A DNA stretch of 48,495 nt from the IMG/VR virus record IMGVR_UViG_3300020045_007863, positions 1-48,495 of that record, one strand, 5' to 3'. The stretch's first letter is position 1. Each line of letters begins with the position of its first letter. Shown here piece after piece: positions 1 through 8,005 of the stretch. A program made the position numbers and the translations under genes. The DNA comes from a virus. Its lineage: Duplodnaviria; Caudoviricetes. A model generated the notes under the pieces. The model worked only from the letters and a program-made list of their open reading frames with translations, searched no databases and was not told the DNA's origin.

Positions 1-82
1 TAACGGGCGAGGGCGTTAGTATATTCGATTAACATAAACAACATGACAGAAAATAACAGGCCCTTATATAGCTCTACAGTAA
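1..82 (+). repeat. 82-bp direct repeat, copy 1 (may extend beyond the window edge)
   Basis: TAACGGGCGAGGGCG...GCTCTACAGTAA is identical to 1515..1596. Confidence 0.95.
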
Positions 83-86
83 AAAC

Positions 87-554
87 ATGAACAAAAAAGA
101 GATACAGGAGTTACTAGGCAAGGTGTTTACTACACGAGCCGCGCAAGGTGGAGACAAAGAGGACGAAATAATCATTTTCGCACCAGATCATTTTGACAAG
201 ACTACCGACTTGCACACTGTGAGCGAGGTTGTGAGTACTGCTATGTATGAAAGCGGGCTGACGCATGAGTTTAGCTATGAGATAGCAAGCCGCGCGGCCG
301 ACATACTAGCCGAAGCCGAGGACTGGGACAACGAGGACGCGCTACAGGAGGCTATAGACAGCGCAATACCCATATACACTAACGAGCTAATGAGCATATA
401 CGCAAGCAATAGCTGGGCGGTTGATGAAGCGGCCGAGGAGTTAGGAAACGAGGGAGACAGTACAAGACGAGCGCAGCAAGCGTGGTATATGCAGATTCAA
501 AGCATGGGCGAGGCAATAAAAACAGGGTTGCAAGAACTTATCGACGAGGCATAG
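87..554 (+). CDS. Ocr-like acidic DNA-mimic / anti-restriction protein
   Basis: EDALQEAIDSAIPIYTNELMSIYASN resembles the T7 gp0.3 core ([26 protein letters not shown]); about 33 D/E versus 10 K/R by hand count. Confidence 0.65.
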   Translation: MNKKEIQELLGKVFTTRAAQGGDKEDEIIIFAPDHFDKTTDLHTVSEVVSTAMYESGLTHEFSYEIASRAADILAEAEDWDNEDALQEAIDSAIPIYTNELMSIYASNSWAVDEAAEELGNEGDSTRRAQQAWYMQIQSMGEAIKTGLQELIDEA

Positions 555-556
555 CT

Positions 557-889
557 ATGCCGTACAAGTTTGAGACTAAGGGTAAGCGCATAAAATTACC
601 CCGCGAGGCCGACAGGCGTGTGAAGCTAACAGACGCAGAGCGAGCAGACATACGGGAGCGATACAAAGCGGGGGAGGGAGTGCGAAGCATAGCCCGGGCG
701 TATGAGGGACAATGCTCACGGCGCATGATTCAGTTTGTACTATTCCCCGAACGTATGGCAATAAACGCACAACACTATAAAGACCGAGAGCAACATAAAA
801 CAACGTATGCCCGCGTTAAGGGTGCAGAATGGGCGGCAATTATGAGAGAGCATAGAAACTATAAACACAAAATACTAGAACATGATTAA
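557..889 (+). CDS. HTH DNA-binding protein
   Basis: KLTDAERADIRERYKAGEGVRSIARAY..SRRMIQFVL pattern; ATG at 557, just after the upstream stop, preferred over GTG at 482. Confidence 0.6.
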   Translation: MPYKFETKGKRIKLPREADRRVKLTDAERADIRERYKAGEGVRSIARAYEGQCSRRMIQFVLFPERMAINAQHYKDREQHKTTYARVKGAEWAAIMREHRNYKHKILEHD

Positions 890-1346
890 AAACTTGAGTG
901 CGTTTGTATCGAGCATGAAGCTAGGGCGAGAGATTGAAAACGTGCTAGTGTGTCCCGATAAAATAGTTGCTACTGATAGCTTTAAGCTGATTGAGGTACT
1001 AGGCGAAACGGGTGCGGCGGACAGTTTCACAGTGAAACTACCAAAAGGACTAAAGACGTTTGACCGTGTACAGAAAACCGACAAGGGCGCGGACGTGCTA
1101 CACAAGGGTGCAATCTACAGTGTTGAGGTCGGAGACGCTGAACTATACCCGAAGTATGAGGCAATCATCCCGACAGATAAGCCAGTTTATACCGTTACTC
1201 TATCCCCGGCGCACCTTGCCGCGATATGTGAGGCGTACAAAGACTGCCCGAGCTTTACATTAAGCATGTACGGGGCAAACAAGCCCGTTGTGTTTACCGA
1301 GGACAAAGAAAAAGTGCGCGCATTACTCATGGCGATATTAAAATAA
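882..1346 (+). CDS. Truncated DNA sliding-clamp (DnaN/beta-clamp)-like protein
   Basis: IVATDSFKL, YPKYEAIIP, NKPVVF..ALLMAIL match beta-clamp domain II/III motifs (ATDGHRL, FPDYxxVIP, xxMPMR); only 154 aa. Confidence 0.55.
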   Translation: MIKNLSAFVSSMKLGREIENVLVCPDKIVATDSFKLIEVLGETGAADSFTVKLPKGLKTFDRVQKTDKGADVLHKGAIYSVEVGDAELYPKYEAIIPTDKPVYTVTLSPAHLAAICEAYKDCPSFTLSMYGANKPVVFTEDKEKVRALLMAILK

Positions 1347-1348
1347 AT

Positions 1349-1546
1349 ATGTACAAAATTATAGATAGACAGGGTGGAGGACTGAAAAACACCGAGCAAC
1401 ACGAAAGTTTGGAAGATGTGCGCGAGAGCCTAGTGAGCTTTCACAGTATAGATGTAGAGGGCGCGGAGGATATGAGCTTACAGGACTTGTGCGATATAGG
1501 AGACTGGGATGTAGTAACGGGCGAGGGCGTTAGTATATTCGATTAA
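1349..1546 (+). CDS. Small acidic hypothetical protein
   Basis: 65-aa ORF, tightly packed; its 3' end lies in the 82-bp repeat. Confidence 0.6.
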   Translation: MYKIIDRQGGGLKNTEQHESLEDVRESLVSFHSIDVEGAEDMSLQDLCDIGDWDVVTGEGVSIFD

Positions 1547-1596
1547 CATAAACAACATGACAGAAAATAACAGGCCCTTATATAGCTCTACAGTAA
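1515..1596 (+). repeat. 82-bp direct repeat, copy 2
   Basis: Identical to 1..82. Confidence 0.95.
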
Positions 1597-1769
1597 GAAC
1601 ACAACACGAATTAACCAGCGCTTACATGCAAAATCAGGTGCATAGCGAGTGGTATACGTTACTGTATGGCGCAATCCGCGACGAAGTAGATCACGAAGGG
1701 CACGAATATACCCACGAAGAATTGGAAGTGCTAGAGAGTGCAGCACAAATACTACAGGCTAAACAATAA
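1557..1769 (+). CDS. Hypothetical protein
   Basis: 70-aa ORF; AT-rich start context (TAAACAACATG). Confidence 0.55.
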   Translation: MTENNRPLYSSTVRTQHELTSAYMQNQVHSEWYTLLYGAIRDEVDHEGHEYTHEELEVLESAAQILQAKQ

Positions 1770-1773
1770 CACC

Positions 1774-2142
1774 ATGAAAAACGAAATAATAGAACCGTGG
1801 GATATAAAAGCAAGCGACAACAAAGGCATAAAGCCGAAACGCCTACCAAAGTTTTATGATAGGTACACTGACGAAAAGTTTGTAGACGCACAAGAGTTTG
1901 AAGACTTTCTACGCCGCGGCCAGACTCTAAAATACGACTACATGATACTAGGCGGAGTGCTGTACACCATGCACGAGTACGACATGGACGGCAAACAGGT
2001 AACGTGGGCGAATAAAAAATACAACACTATGGTCGAAGTGAATACCAGTAACCGCTACGGCGAAAGGGGCTACACAGACGCGGAGGTGTTGTTTATCAAT
2101 GATCCGTGGGGGCTACGCATGGATATTAACTATGCAGAATAA
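1774..2142 (+). CDS. Hypothetical protein
   Basis: ORF 1738..2142; ATG at 1774 (MKNEII) follows the upstream stop. Confidence 0.6.
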   Translation: MKNEIIEPWDIKASDNKGIKPKRLPKFYDRYTDEKFVDAQEFEDFLRRGQTLKYDYMILGGVLYTMHEYDMDGKQVTWANKKYNTMVEVNTSNRYGERGYTDAEVLFINDPWGLRMDINYAE

Positions 2143-2146
2143 CACT

Positions 2147-2338
2147 ATGAACGCACAACAAGGGGTCGAAATGATCCGAGCTAGGCAAGAGGTCGAAAAG
2201 AAGTTTTTAGAGGCTCTACAGGGCATACAGAGCGAAATAGGGGGGCTTACCGTGTATCAGGCGGCGATAATGGCAGTCAAAGTGCTGGGAGAGGACGAAG
2301 CGGGACGGTTTGCTGACGAAATTACAAGGTTACTATAA
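2147..2338 (+). CDS. Hypothetical helical protein
   Basis: ORF 2099..2338; likely start MNAQQG at 2147. Confidence 0.55.
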   Translation: MNAQQGVEMIRARQEVEKKFLEALQGIQSEIGGLTVYQAAIMAVKVLGEDEAGRFADEITRLL

Positions 2339-2343
2339 AAAAT

Positions 2344-2718
2344 ATGATAACAACCGTTGGAGAATTGCGCGACTTAGTAGCAGAGCAAGAAAATAAAAAG
2401 CTAGTACTGGGAGAGATAACTATACGACTGGAAGACGGCGACAAGGATTTAGAGATACACGTTTTCGATAACTTAGTACAGTGGTGGAATGTAGATGTCG
2501 ATCCGACTACCGAACTAACAAACAAAAATCAGTACACTGTTTCTAGTAGTGAGCGAGATGTAAAAGAAAACTGGAGAACAGCAACAAAAAGAGTTGAGGA
2601 ACTTGAAGAAGCAATCAAAGTAGCCGAAGCAAAAGCGGCAGAGAGTAACTTAGCTTTAGGCAAGGTCGAAGCCTACGAAAAAATGCTACTTAACCGCACA
2701 GTAAGTATTGGTGCATAA
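2344..2718 (+). CDS. Hypothetical protein, paralog of 22942..23325
   Basis: Shared N-terminal TVxELRDxV and C-terminal GKVEAYExxLLNRTVSIGA. Confidence 0.75.
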   Translation: MITTVGELRDLVAEQENKKLVLGEITIRLEDGDKDLEIHVFDNLVQWWNVDVDPTTELTNKNQYTVSSSERDVKENWRTATKRVEELEEAIKVAEAKAAESNLALGKVEAYEKMLLNRTVSIGA

Positions 2719-2720
2719 CT

Positions 2721-3023
2721 ATGAGTGAAGCAAAACTATACTACACCGCGCCTACTGAAACCGCGTTTGCGGAGATGAAGCAGGAATGTATCAATCAGTG
2801 GGGAACGCACGACAATACCTACGGTTACGTTGATGAGAAAGTAGCCCGCATTAAAGACATAGCAAATGTGCAGGATAACTTCATGTATATGCTTGCGATG
2901 TTCGATCACGAAGGACAGCGCGGCGTGATAAGCCGATTGACTTTCACAACACAGCAAGCAGTACGAGAGCGCATGATAAGCGGAGGAAATGACATAAACC
3001 ATATCCTCGACTTGGGACTATAA
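2721..3023 (+). CDS. Hypothetical protein, paralog of 23543..23845
   Basis: 100 aa, 77/100 identical to the second copy by hand alignment. Confidence 0.85.
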   Translation: MSEAKLYYTAPTETAFAEMKQECINQWGTHDNTYGYVDEKVARIKDIANVQDNFMYMLAMFDHEGQRGVISRLTFTTQQAVRERMISGGNDINHILDLGL

Positions 3024-3036
3024 ATTACTAACAAAC

Positions 3037-4260
3037 ATGATTAACAAAATGCAAAATGACTCTAACGAAAGAACAAATACTAACGATCCCGACACTGAAA
3101 GCGGAGGGAATGACGGACTTACAAGTAGCGCAGAAGTTGGGAGTACATCCGCGCACCGTGAGCCAGTGGAAGAAACGCCTACGGACAGCGGGACACTTAA
3201 TACAGAATCAGAAGCCGACAGGGAGGAAGTCTTTACAGCTCTAGGAGACTTGGGTTGGAACTTCTCTTATGTGTGGAATAAGGCACTGGAAAACGCTACA
3301 CAACGCGAGTACGAACCGCGCGAGCGTATCTGGGCTACTGAACTAGGCAAAGCACCTGTAGATGTGTACTTGCTGATGAAAGGAGAGAAGCCTACTAACC
3401 CGCCAAATGCCCGCAGTCTACGCAAATTTGAGGCTGGCAATATGTTCGAGTGGATAGTGGGGCTTATTCTTAAACGTGCGGGGATTATAGAGAGCGCACA
3501 AGAGCGTGTGGAATACCAGTACCCGGGCTTGTGTTTAGTGTCGGGGCGCATTGACTTCATAGCAGGGGGAAAACCAGACTTTGAGAAAGCCAAGGCCGAG
3601 ATCGAAGCGTTTGAGTTGCCCGAAATGTTTTACCGAGGGTTTGAGCAAATAGTTGAGCACCTAAAAGCAAAGTACCCAAACGGCCTCGCAAGCAAACCGC
3701 TTGAAATCAAATCAGTATCGTCGTTTATGTTCGAGGCTATTGAACGCAGCGGCAAGGCTCTTGCAAATCACCGCCTACAGCTCACACACTACCTAAAAGC
3801 AAAAGACATGAACGTAGGGCATCTTATATATATCTGCCGCGACGACATGCGAATGATAGAAATACCCGTAGTGATGAATGAGCGAACCGAAGCCGAGTAC
3901 AAAGCAGCTATCGCGCTACGCTCGGGGTACTTTCTACACGATGAAATGCCGCCGCTCGAAAAAGCAATCAATTGGGACACTGACTTCAAAAAGTTTACCA
4001 AAAACAACATGGGTATGGCATATTCTGGGTATCTCACTAAGCTCTATGGCATTAAAGATCAGGCCGAGTTTGACGCGAAGTACCAGCCTATGCAGATACG
4101 ATTTAATCGCACACTCAAGAGACTCGCTACGGGCGCAAAGATAACTCCAAAAAACGAGGAGGCACTAGCAGAAATGCGCGGCATGGGGTTTGACCCCGAG
4201 GCATTGGCAAAACTTATGCCTGTAGACGCGCCCGACGAGGAGGAGGTAATTGCAGAATAA
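3037..4260 (+). CDS. PD-(D/E)XK (Cas4/RecB-like) exonuclease; start uncertain (ATG 3037/3049 or TTG 3250)
   Basis: IWATELG, GNMFE, VSGRIDF, PLEIKS, HRLQLTHY motifs. Confidence 0.75.
   Translation: MINKMQNDSNERTNTNDPDTESGGNDGLTSSAEVGSTSAHREPVEETPTDSGTLNTESEADREEVFTALGDLGWNFSYVWNKALENATQREYEPRERIWATELGKAPVDVYLLMKGEKPTNPPNARSLRKFEAGNMFEWIVGLILKRAGIIESAQERVEYQYPGLCLVSGRIDFIAGGKPDFEKAKAEIEAFELPEMFYRGFEQIVEHLKAKYPNGLASKPLEIKSVSSFMFEAIERSGKALANHRLQLTHYLKAKDMNVGHLIYICRDDMRMIEIPVVMNERTEAEYKAAIALRSGYFLHDEMPPLEKAINWDTDFKKFTKNNMGMAYSGYLTKLYGIKDQAEFDAKYQPMQIRFNRTLKRLATGAKITPKNEEALAEMRGMGFDPEALAKLMPVDAPDEEEVIAE
3056..3244 (+). CDS. HTH protein overlapping the 5' part of the nuclease ORF
   Basis: GMTDLQVAQKLGVHPRTVSQWKKRL is a canonical HTH. 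Confidence 0.65.
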   Translation: MTLTKEQILTIPTLKAEGMTDLQVAQKLGVHPRTVSQWKKRLRTAGHLIQNQKPTGRKSLQL

Positions 4261-4442
4261 ATATGACCTACCTAAGCAACGAGGAGTATTGGAAGAAAAG
4301 AGACTTAGACCGCAACAGTGAGCTCGAAGTATTGGGTGAACTGCAAAACGATAGAGACAGGGAAAACCGAGCTATAAATAAAGCATAAGTATGCTACAAT
4401 TTATATGCAGCTTATTAGAATTATTTATAAACAACAAAAAAC

Positions 4443-5078
4443 ATGATAAATCTAAACGATTTAGAAAAAGACATCCAACAATACGGGGGCGGAAATAACT
4501 CAAACAAATTCGAGTTTGACAAGACACAAAAGAAAACATACAAAATTCGTATTCTTAACTTCCCGTCTGTGTTAGCTACTCATTTTTTTGGGCAAGGCGT
4601 ACCCTCCGTAGTATGTGTAGGGATAGAAAGTGGGTGTGAACATCACGAGGAGGACGATAAAAAACCAAGTATCAAACTTGTTACTTATATTATTGATAGA
4701 GAGGACGGAAAATTAAAAATTGCTGAACTCCCTTTATCTACGCGGTATGACTTAAAACTTCTCCAAGAAGACGAAGACTTTGCTTTTCACGATTTTCCGC
4801 TCCCCTACGATGTAAAGATTACATCAGACCCAAAAAACTCTGACCCAAAGGGAAAATACAAATTGTTGGGTTCTCCTAAACGAGAACCACTTACATCCGA
4901 AGAACAGGAATCCTTCAACGTGTTGATGAACCGCATGACACCCGAGCAATACATCGAAAAACGCAAAGCTAAATACAGAAATGTCGGTGGAGCAACACAA
5001 GAAGACACCCGCCAAGTGTCTTACCCCACAGCCGAAAGTGAGGAAATAGACTTAGACGACAAATTCAAAAACTTCTAG
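4443..5078 (+). CDS. Probable single-stranded DNA-binding protein (gp32-like)
   Basis: YKIRIL..HF, YIIDREDGKLKI, PYDVKIT; acidic tail ending in Phe; next to the exonuclease. Confidence 0.55.
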   Translation: MINLNDLEKDIQQYGGGNNSNKFEFDKTQKKTYKIRILNFPSVLATHFFGQGVPSVVCVGIESGCEHHEEDDKKPSIKLVTYIIDREDGKLKIAELPLSTRYDLKLLQEDEDFAFHDFPLPYDVKITSDPKNSDPKGKYKLLGSPKREPLTSEEQESFNVLMNRMTPEQYIEKRKAKYRNVGGATQEDTRQVSYPTAESEEIDLDDKFKNF

Positions 5079-5155
5079 TGAAACACATCGCGTTTTATTT
5101 AACCCGATGTCGTTGTGGACACATAAAGGAGTATTCACCTATCAGAGACACGGAG

Positions 5156-5164
5156 TGTGGACAA
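5156..5164 (+). promoter_or_regulatory. DnaA-box-like motif TGTGGACAA (also 11553, 22265, 30188; variants 5114, 12120)
   Basis: One mismatch to TGTGGATAA; the four exact copies noticed are all intergenic. Confidence 0.55.
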
Positions 5165-5229
5165 TGCACCTACTATAATTCAATAGGTTTGGGGTATACT
5201 GACACCAATTATCAATAACACACGAATAC

Positions 5230-5334
5230 ATGGACGAAAATCAAGTCGGTGGCGGTATAGCTGAGGAAGCTGTAGAGCCAACAGAAGTGCCAGCAGCCGA
5301 GGAAGCTGCGGAGAGCGCGGAAGAAACAGAGTAA
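5230..5334 (+). CDS. 34-aa highly acidic peptide
   Basis: MDENQVGGGIAEEAVEPTEVPAAEEAAESAEETE; TATACT -10-like box at 5195 and terminator just downstream. Confidence 0.55.
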   Translation: MDENQVGGGIAEEAVEPTEVPAAEEAAESAEETE

Positions 5335-5338
5335 CAAT

Positions 5339-5366
5339 AAAAACCGCCCATAACAAGGCGGTTTTT
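5339..5366. terminator. Bidirectional intrinsic terminator
   Basis: AAAAACCGCC-N8-GGCGGTTTTT between convergent gene blocks. Confidence 0.85.
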
Positions 5367-5712
5367 ATAATGAAAATCTACGAGCAACCATTAACCGTTT
5401 TATCTCCTCGTCCGTTTTTCCTGCTGCTTTCAAATACTGTCTGTACGTCTTCCCTGCGTTTAACTTTTCCCCATCATAATCTACCCACGGGTTCTGCTTT
5501 TTAACATACTGCCGTGGAATAGATGAAACTCCTTTTGCGTGTGGAGGAGGGTTCCACACAAGCCCGAGTTTTCTAAGGTGGTGTAGTATGGTTGTTCTAT
5601 CCTTTTGGAGTTCGTGTCCTATTTCGCGCGGAGAGTACCCTTTTTCATATAAAAGAACAATGTTGGTAATATACGGAGAACCAACAAATGATTTTTCTCT
5701 GTGTGACACCAA
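5365..5712 (-). CDS. HTH protein resembling DnaA domain IV
   Basis: SPREIGHELQKDRTTILHHLRKL versus DnaA signature SLPEIGxxFGGRDHTTVLHAxRKI. Confidence 0.6.
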   Translation of the reverse strand: MVSHREKSFVGSPYITNIVLLYEKGYSPREIGHELQKDRTTILHHLRKLGLVWNPPPHAKGVSSIPRQYVKKQNPWVDYDGEKLNAGKTYRQYLKAAGKTDEEIKRLMVARRFSL

Positions 5713-5747
5713 TTAAATATACTACGTTTTTATCAACGTCAAGACTG

Positions 5748-6170
5748 TTATTCGACTTCAAGCAAATTCACCTCAAAACTAGCAGCCTCTTTCGCCATAC
5801 TTTCCGTCAAAGACTTACGCCCACAACTAGCAGACAACTCTATAAAATCGTCAATATCTACAAAATAAATAATCTTTTTCTTGCGCGGAACGTACCAACA
5901 AATACAAACAAACGCTTGACCCTTAAGGACAAAGCTGTCAAAAGGCTTGGGTGCAGTAAACGCTGGTCTGTCCTTGAGCCACGGTTGGTCGGTTATCTTA
6001 TGGAATAATCCTGTGTCCTTGACTGTCTTTAATGCCGCAATCTGGTGCGGGGCAACGTGGTCGAACGCCATCGAAGTACCTTTTGCCAGTTTTAACTCAA
6101 ACGCAGCGGGGGAGTACCAATTATCCCGTGCCCACTTGCTAAACAGTACTTGTATGTCCGACTCCTTCAT
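5748..6170 (-). CDS. RecU-like Holliday junction resolvase (PD-(D/E)XK)
   Basis: MKESDIQ, AFELK..SMAFDHVAPHQIAAL, KPFD motifs. Confidence 0.6.
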   Translation of the reverse strand: MKESDIQVLFSKWARDNWYSPAAFELKLAKGTSMAFDHVAPHQIAALKTVKDTGLFHKITDQPWLKDRPAFTAPKPFDSFVLKGQAFVCICWYVPRKKKIIYFVDIDDFIELSASCGRKSLTESMAKEAASFEVNLLEVE

Positions 6171-6248
6171 AGCGTACTAACAAGTCTACACCTCACACAG
6201 TGGCAAGTCATCCCATTTAATTTCTACTAATTACACAAAAAGATTAGG

Positions 6249-6557
6249 TTAGTGAGCGTAATAATCTTCGGCGAGTTCAATGTACTTTTTGAGGTTTACT
6301 ATTGTGCGGGGGTCAGTAAAATCAAATTTGGCGGCCTTTAAGCGATTACACGCCCTGCACAAAAGTTGAAAGTTCCAGTCATGGTCGCACGATATATCCC
6401 GAAGTCCTATATCAAACACCCACGCAAAAGGAACAATATGGTCTACGGTTAGGTAGTCGGTTTTCTTACCACACTTAGCACACACTCCTCCAGCCTCGTT
6501 AGCCACTTTCTGTAGCTCTTGCAGGGCACTACCGCGTCTTATGTTTCTCTTTTTCAT
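6249..6557 (-). CDS. HNH endonuclease
   Basis: CAKC..LTVDHIVP..NFQLLCRACN. Confidence 0.85.
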   Translation of the reverse strand: MKKRNIRRGSALQELQKVANEAGGVCAKCGKKTDYLTVDHIVPFAWVFDIGLRDISCDHDWNFQLLCRACNRLKAAKFDFTDPRTIVNLKKYIELAEDYYAH

Positions 6558-6652
6558 GTTGTTTAGTTATTTATTGAGTGTCAAAGTTAAAAACGGGACA
6601 AAGTAAACACATAGTAATTATAATAATTTTTCACGCTGTACTCTTAGTTTAT

Positions 6653-6934
6653 TTATAATCTCTTTATCTTTTCAAATTGGTGTACATCTGCCCCACCGAG
6701 TCGGCGCATCTCAGCCACAATTTTTGCACGCATATCTTTTCTGTCTGCAACATAATGATGATGTTGGCACAGACCTAGTATTGCCCACGGTTCTTGTACT
6801 GCCTTACCCGCGGACATAAGTGCATGGTGCCACTCAATCCTACCGACGCACATTTCATCTCGTAAAGCACACTGCTTCATACGCGGCTCTTTCGCCAACA
6901 CATCTTTTACATCCTGCGGTATGCTAGTTTTCAT
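6653..6934 (-). CDS. HNH-like zinc-binding protein
   Basis: CALR..C..IEWHH...ILGLCQHHH; start MKTSIP inferred. Confidence 0.55.
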   Translation of the reverse strand: MKTSIPQDVKDVLAKEPRMKQCALRDEMCVGRIEWHHALMSAGKAVQEPWAILGLCQHHHYVADRKDMRAKIVAEMRRLGGADVHQFEKIKRL

Positions 6935-7116
6935 CTGGTGCATATACTCTGCCAAAAAACATCCATAAACCAAACACGGCAATTTCTACACCTGCGCGCA
7001 TATCACAACTAACGTCTCCTCGGTCATACTTATGTACTGAAACACTGAAAACAGGGAAAACGGTATCGTGTGTGCCGTTTCTAAATAAAAATCCCCAGTA
7101 GTTCTTTCTAGTAGTT

Positions 7117-7584
7117 TTACTCATAAATCTGTCGCCTAAAAGAGCAATCATTACACACCATCACTGTGCGCGAGTTCTTATGGTCGCAAGCATCTTGCCT
7201 ACCGTTTTCATTTCGCAGTGAGATTTCTAAGTCCTGTCGAGTAAGTAACCCCGCCCTATCAACCAAGTCCTCCGCTTTTTCCTTTGTATCAGCGTGTCCA
7301 GCAATCGCATACAGACTCGACCAACCTATAGGAAAAAGTTTTTTAACTGCTATTTTGTGCTTCACCACAAACGTCTCATGCACCGTGCAAAGTTTTGAGG
7401 CGGTAGCTTTTGAAATCTTTAACTCCAACAAGAACGTGTCAAAATCATCGTACTCACCCTCCCATAAGCGTTCCTCACGAATCTTATACAACCGTTCTGC
7501 AAGTGAAAGAAAAGCACCCTCTATCTGCCCCCGCAAAGCGATAGTTTCTTTCAAAAAACCTCTGGGTGTTATTTCATTACTCAT
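7117..7584 (-). CDS. Phage protein (DUF3102-like N-terminus) with C-terminal Zn ribbon
   Basis: FLSLAERLYKIREERLW..YDDFDTFL..ISKATASKL; CDH..CNDC; start MSNEIT inferred. Confidence 0.55.
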   Translation of the reverse strand: MSNEITPRGFLKETIALRGQIEGAFLSLAERLYKIREERLWEGEYDDFDTFLLELKISKATASKLCTVHETFVVKHKIAVKKLFPIGWSSLYAIAGHADTKEKAEDLVDRAGLLTRQDLEISLRNENGRQDACDHKNSRTVMVCNDCSFRRQIYE

Positions 7585-7724
7585 ACTTTTGCTTTTTCTT
7601 GGCGAGTAAGTGCGTTGTACGCTTTTTTGGCACGGCGATACATACGTTTTGAAAACTCTTGACCCCGCTCTCGAACAATCTGCCCCACGGTTGCTTTGAT
7701 AGTTTGTGCTTTTTGTTTTCTCAT
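7581..7724 (-). CDS. Small basic hypothetical protein
   Basis: 47 aa MRKQKAQ...; ATGA-coupled to the downstream gene. Confidence 0.45.
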   Translation of the reverse strand: MRKQKAQTIKATVGQIVRERGQEFSKRMYRRAKKAYNALTRQEKAKV

Positions 7725-7764
7725 GATTTTTATTGTTACATACTTTGTGAAACACACAACATAA

Positions 7765-8004
7765 TTATGCACAGCCTAATAACTCAAACAAATCCTCAAT
7801 TTGTACAAGGTCATTATCTCTGTAGTGCTGCGCTTTACCATTTTTTTGAGCTATATACCGTATAGTTCCTGTAAACCACACATCAATAATTTTCTCTCCT
7901 TTAGAGAACCGTAAATAATTCTTGTCGGGCTGAATACTAGCAAAGCTCCATTCAGTCATTATTGCCGCTGATTTTACCCCATCAACCCAATCTTTTTTAT
8001 CCAT
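7765..8004 (-). CDS. Hypothetical protein
   Basis: MDKKDWV.. starts 1 nt after the helicase stop. Confidence 0.55.
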   Translation of the reverse strand: MDKKDWVDGVKSAAIMTEWSFASIQPDKNYLRFSKGEKIIDVWFTGTIRYIAQKNGKAQHYRDNDLVQIEDLFELLGCA

Positions 8005-8005
8005 A

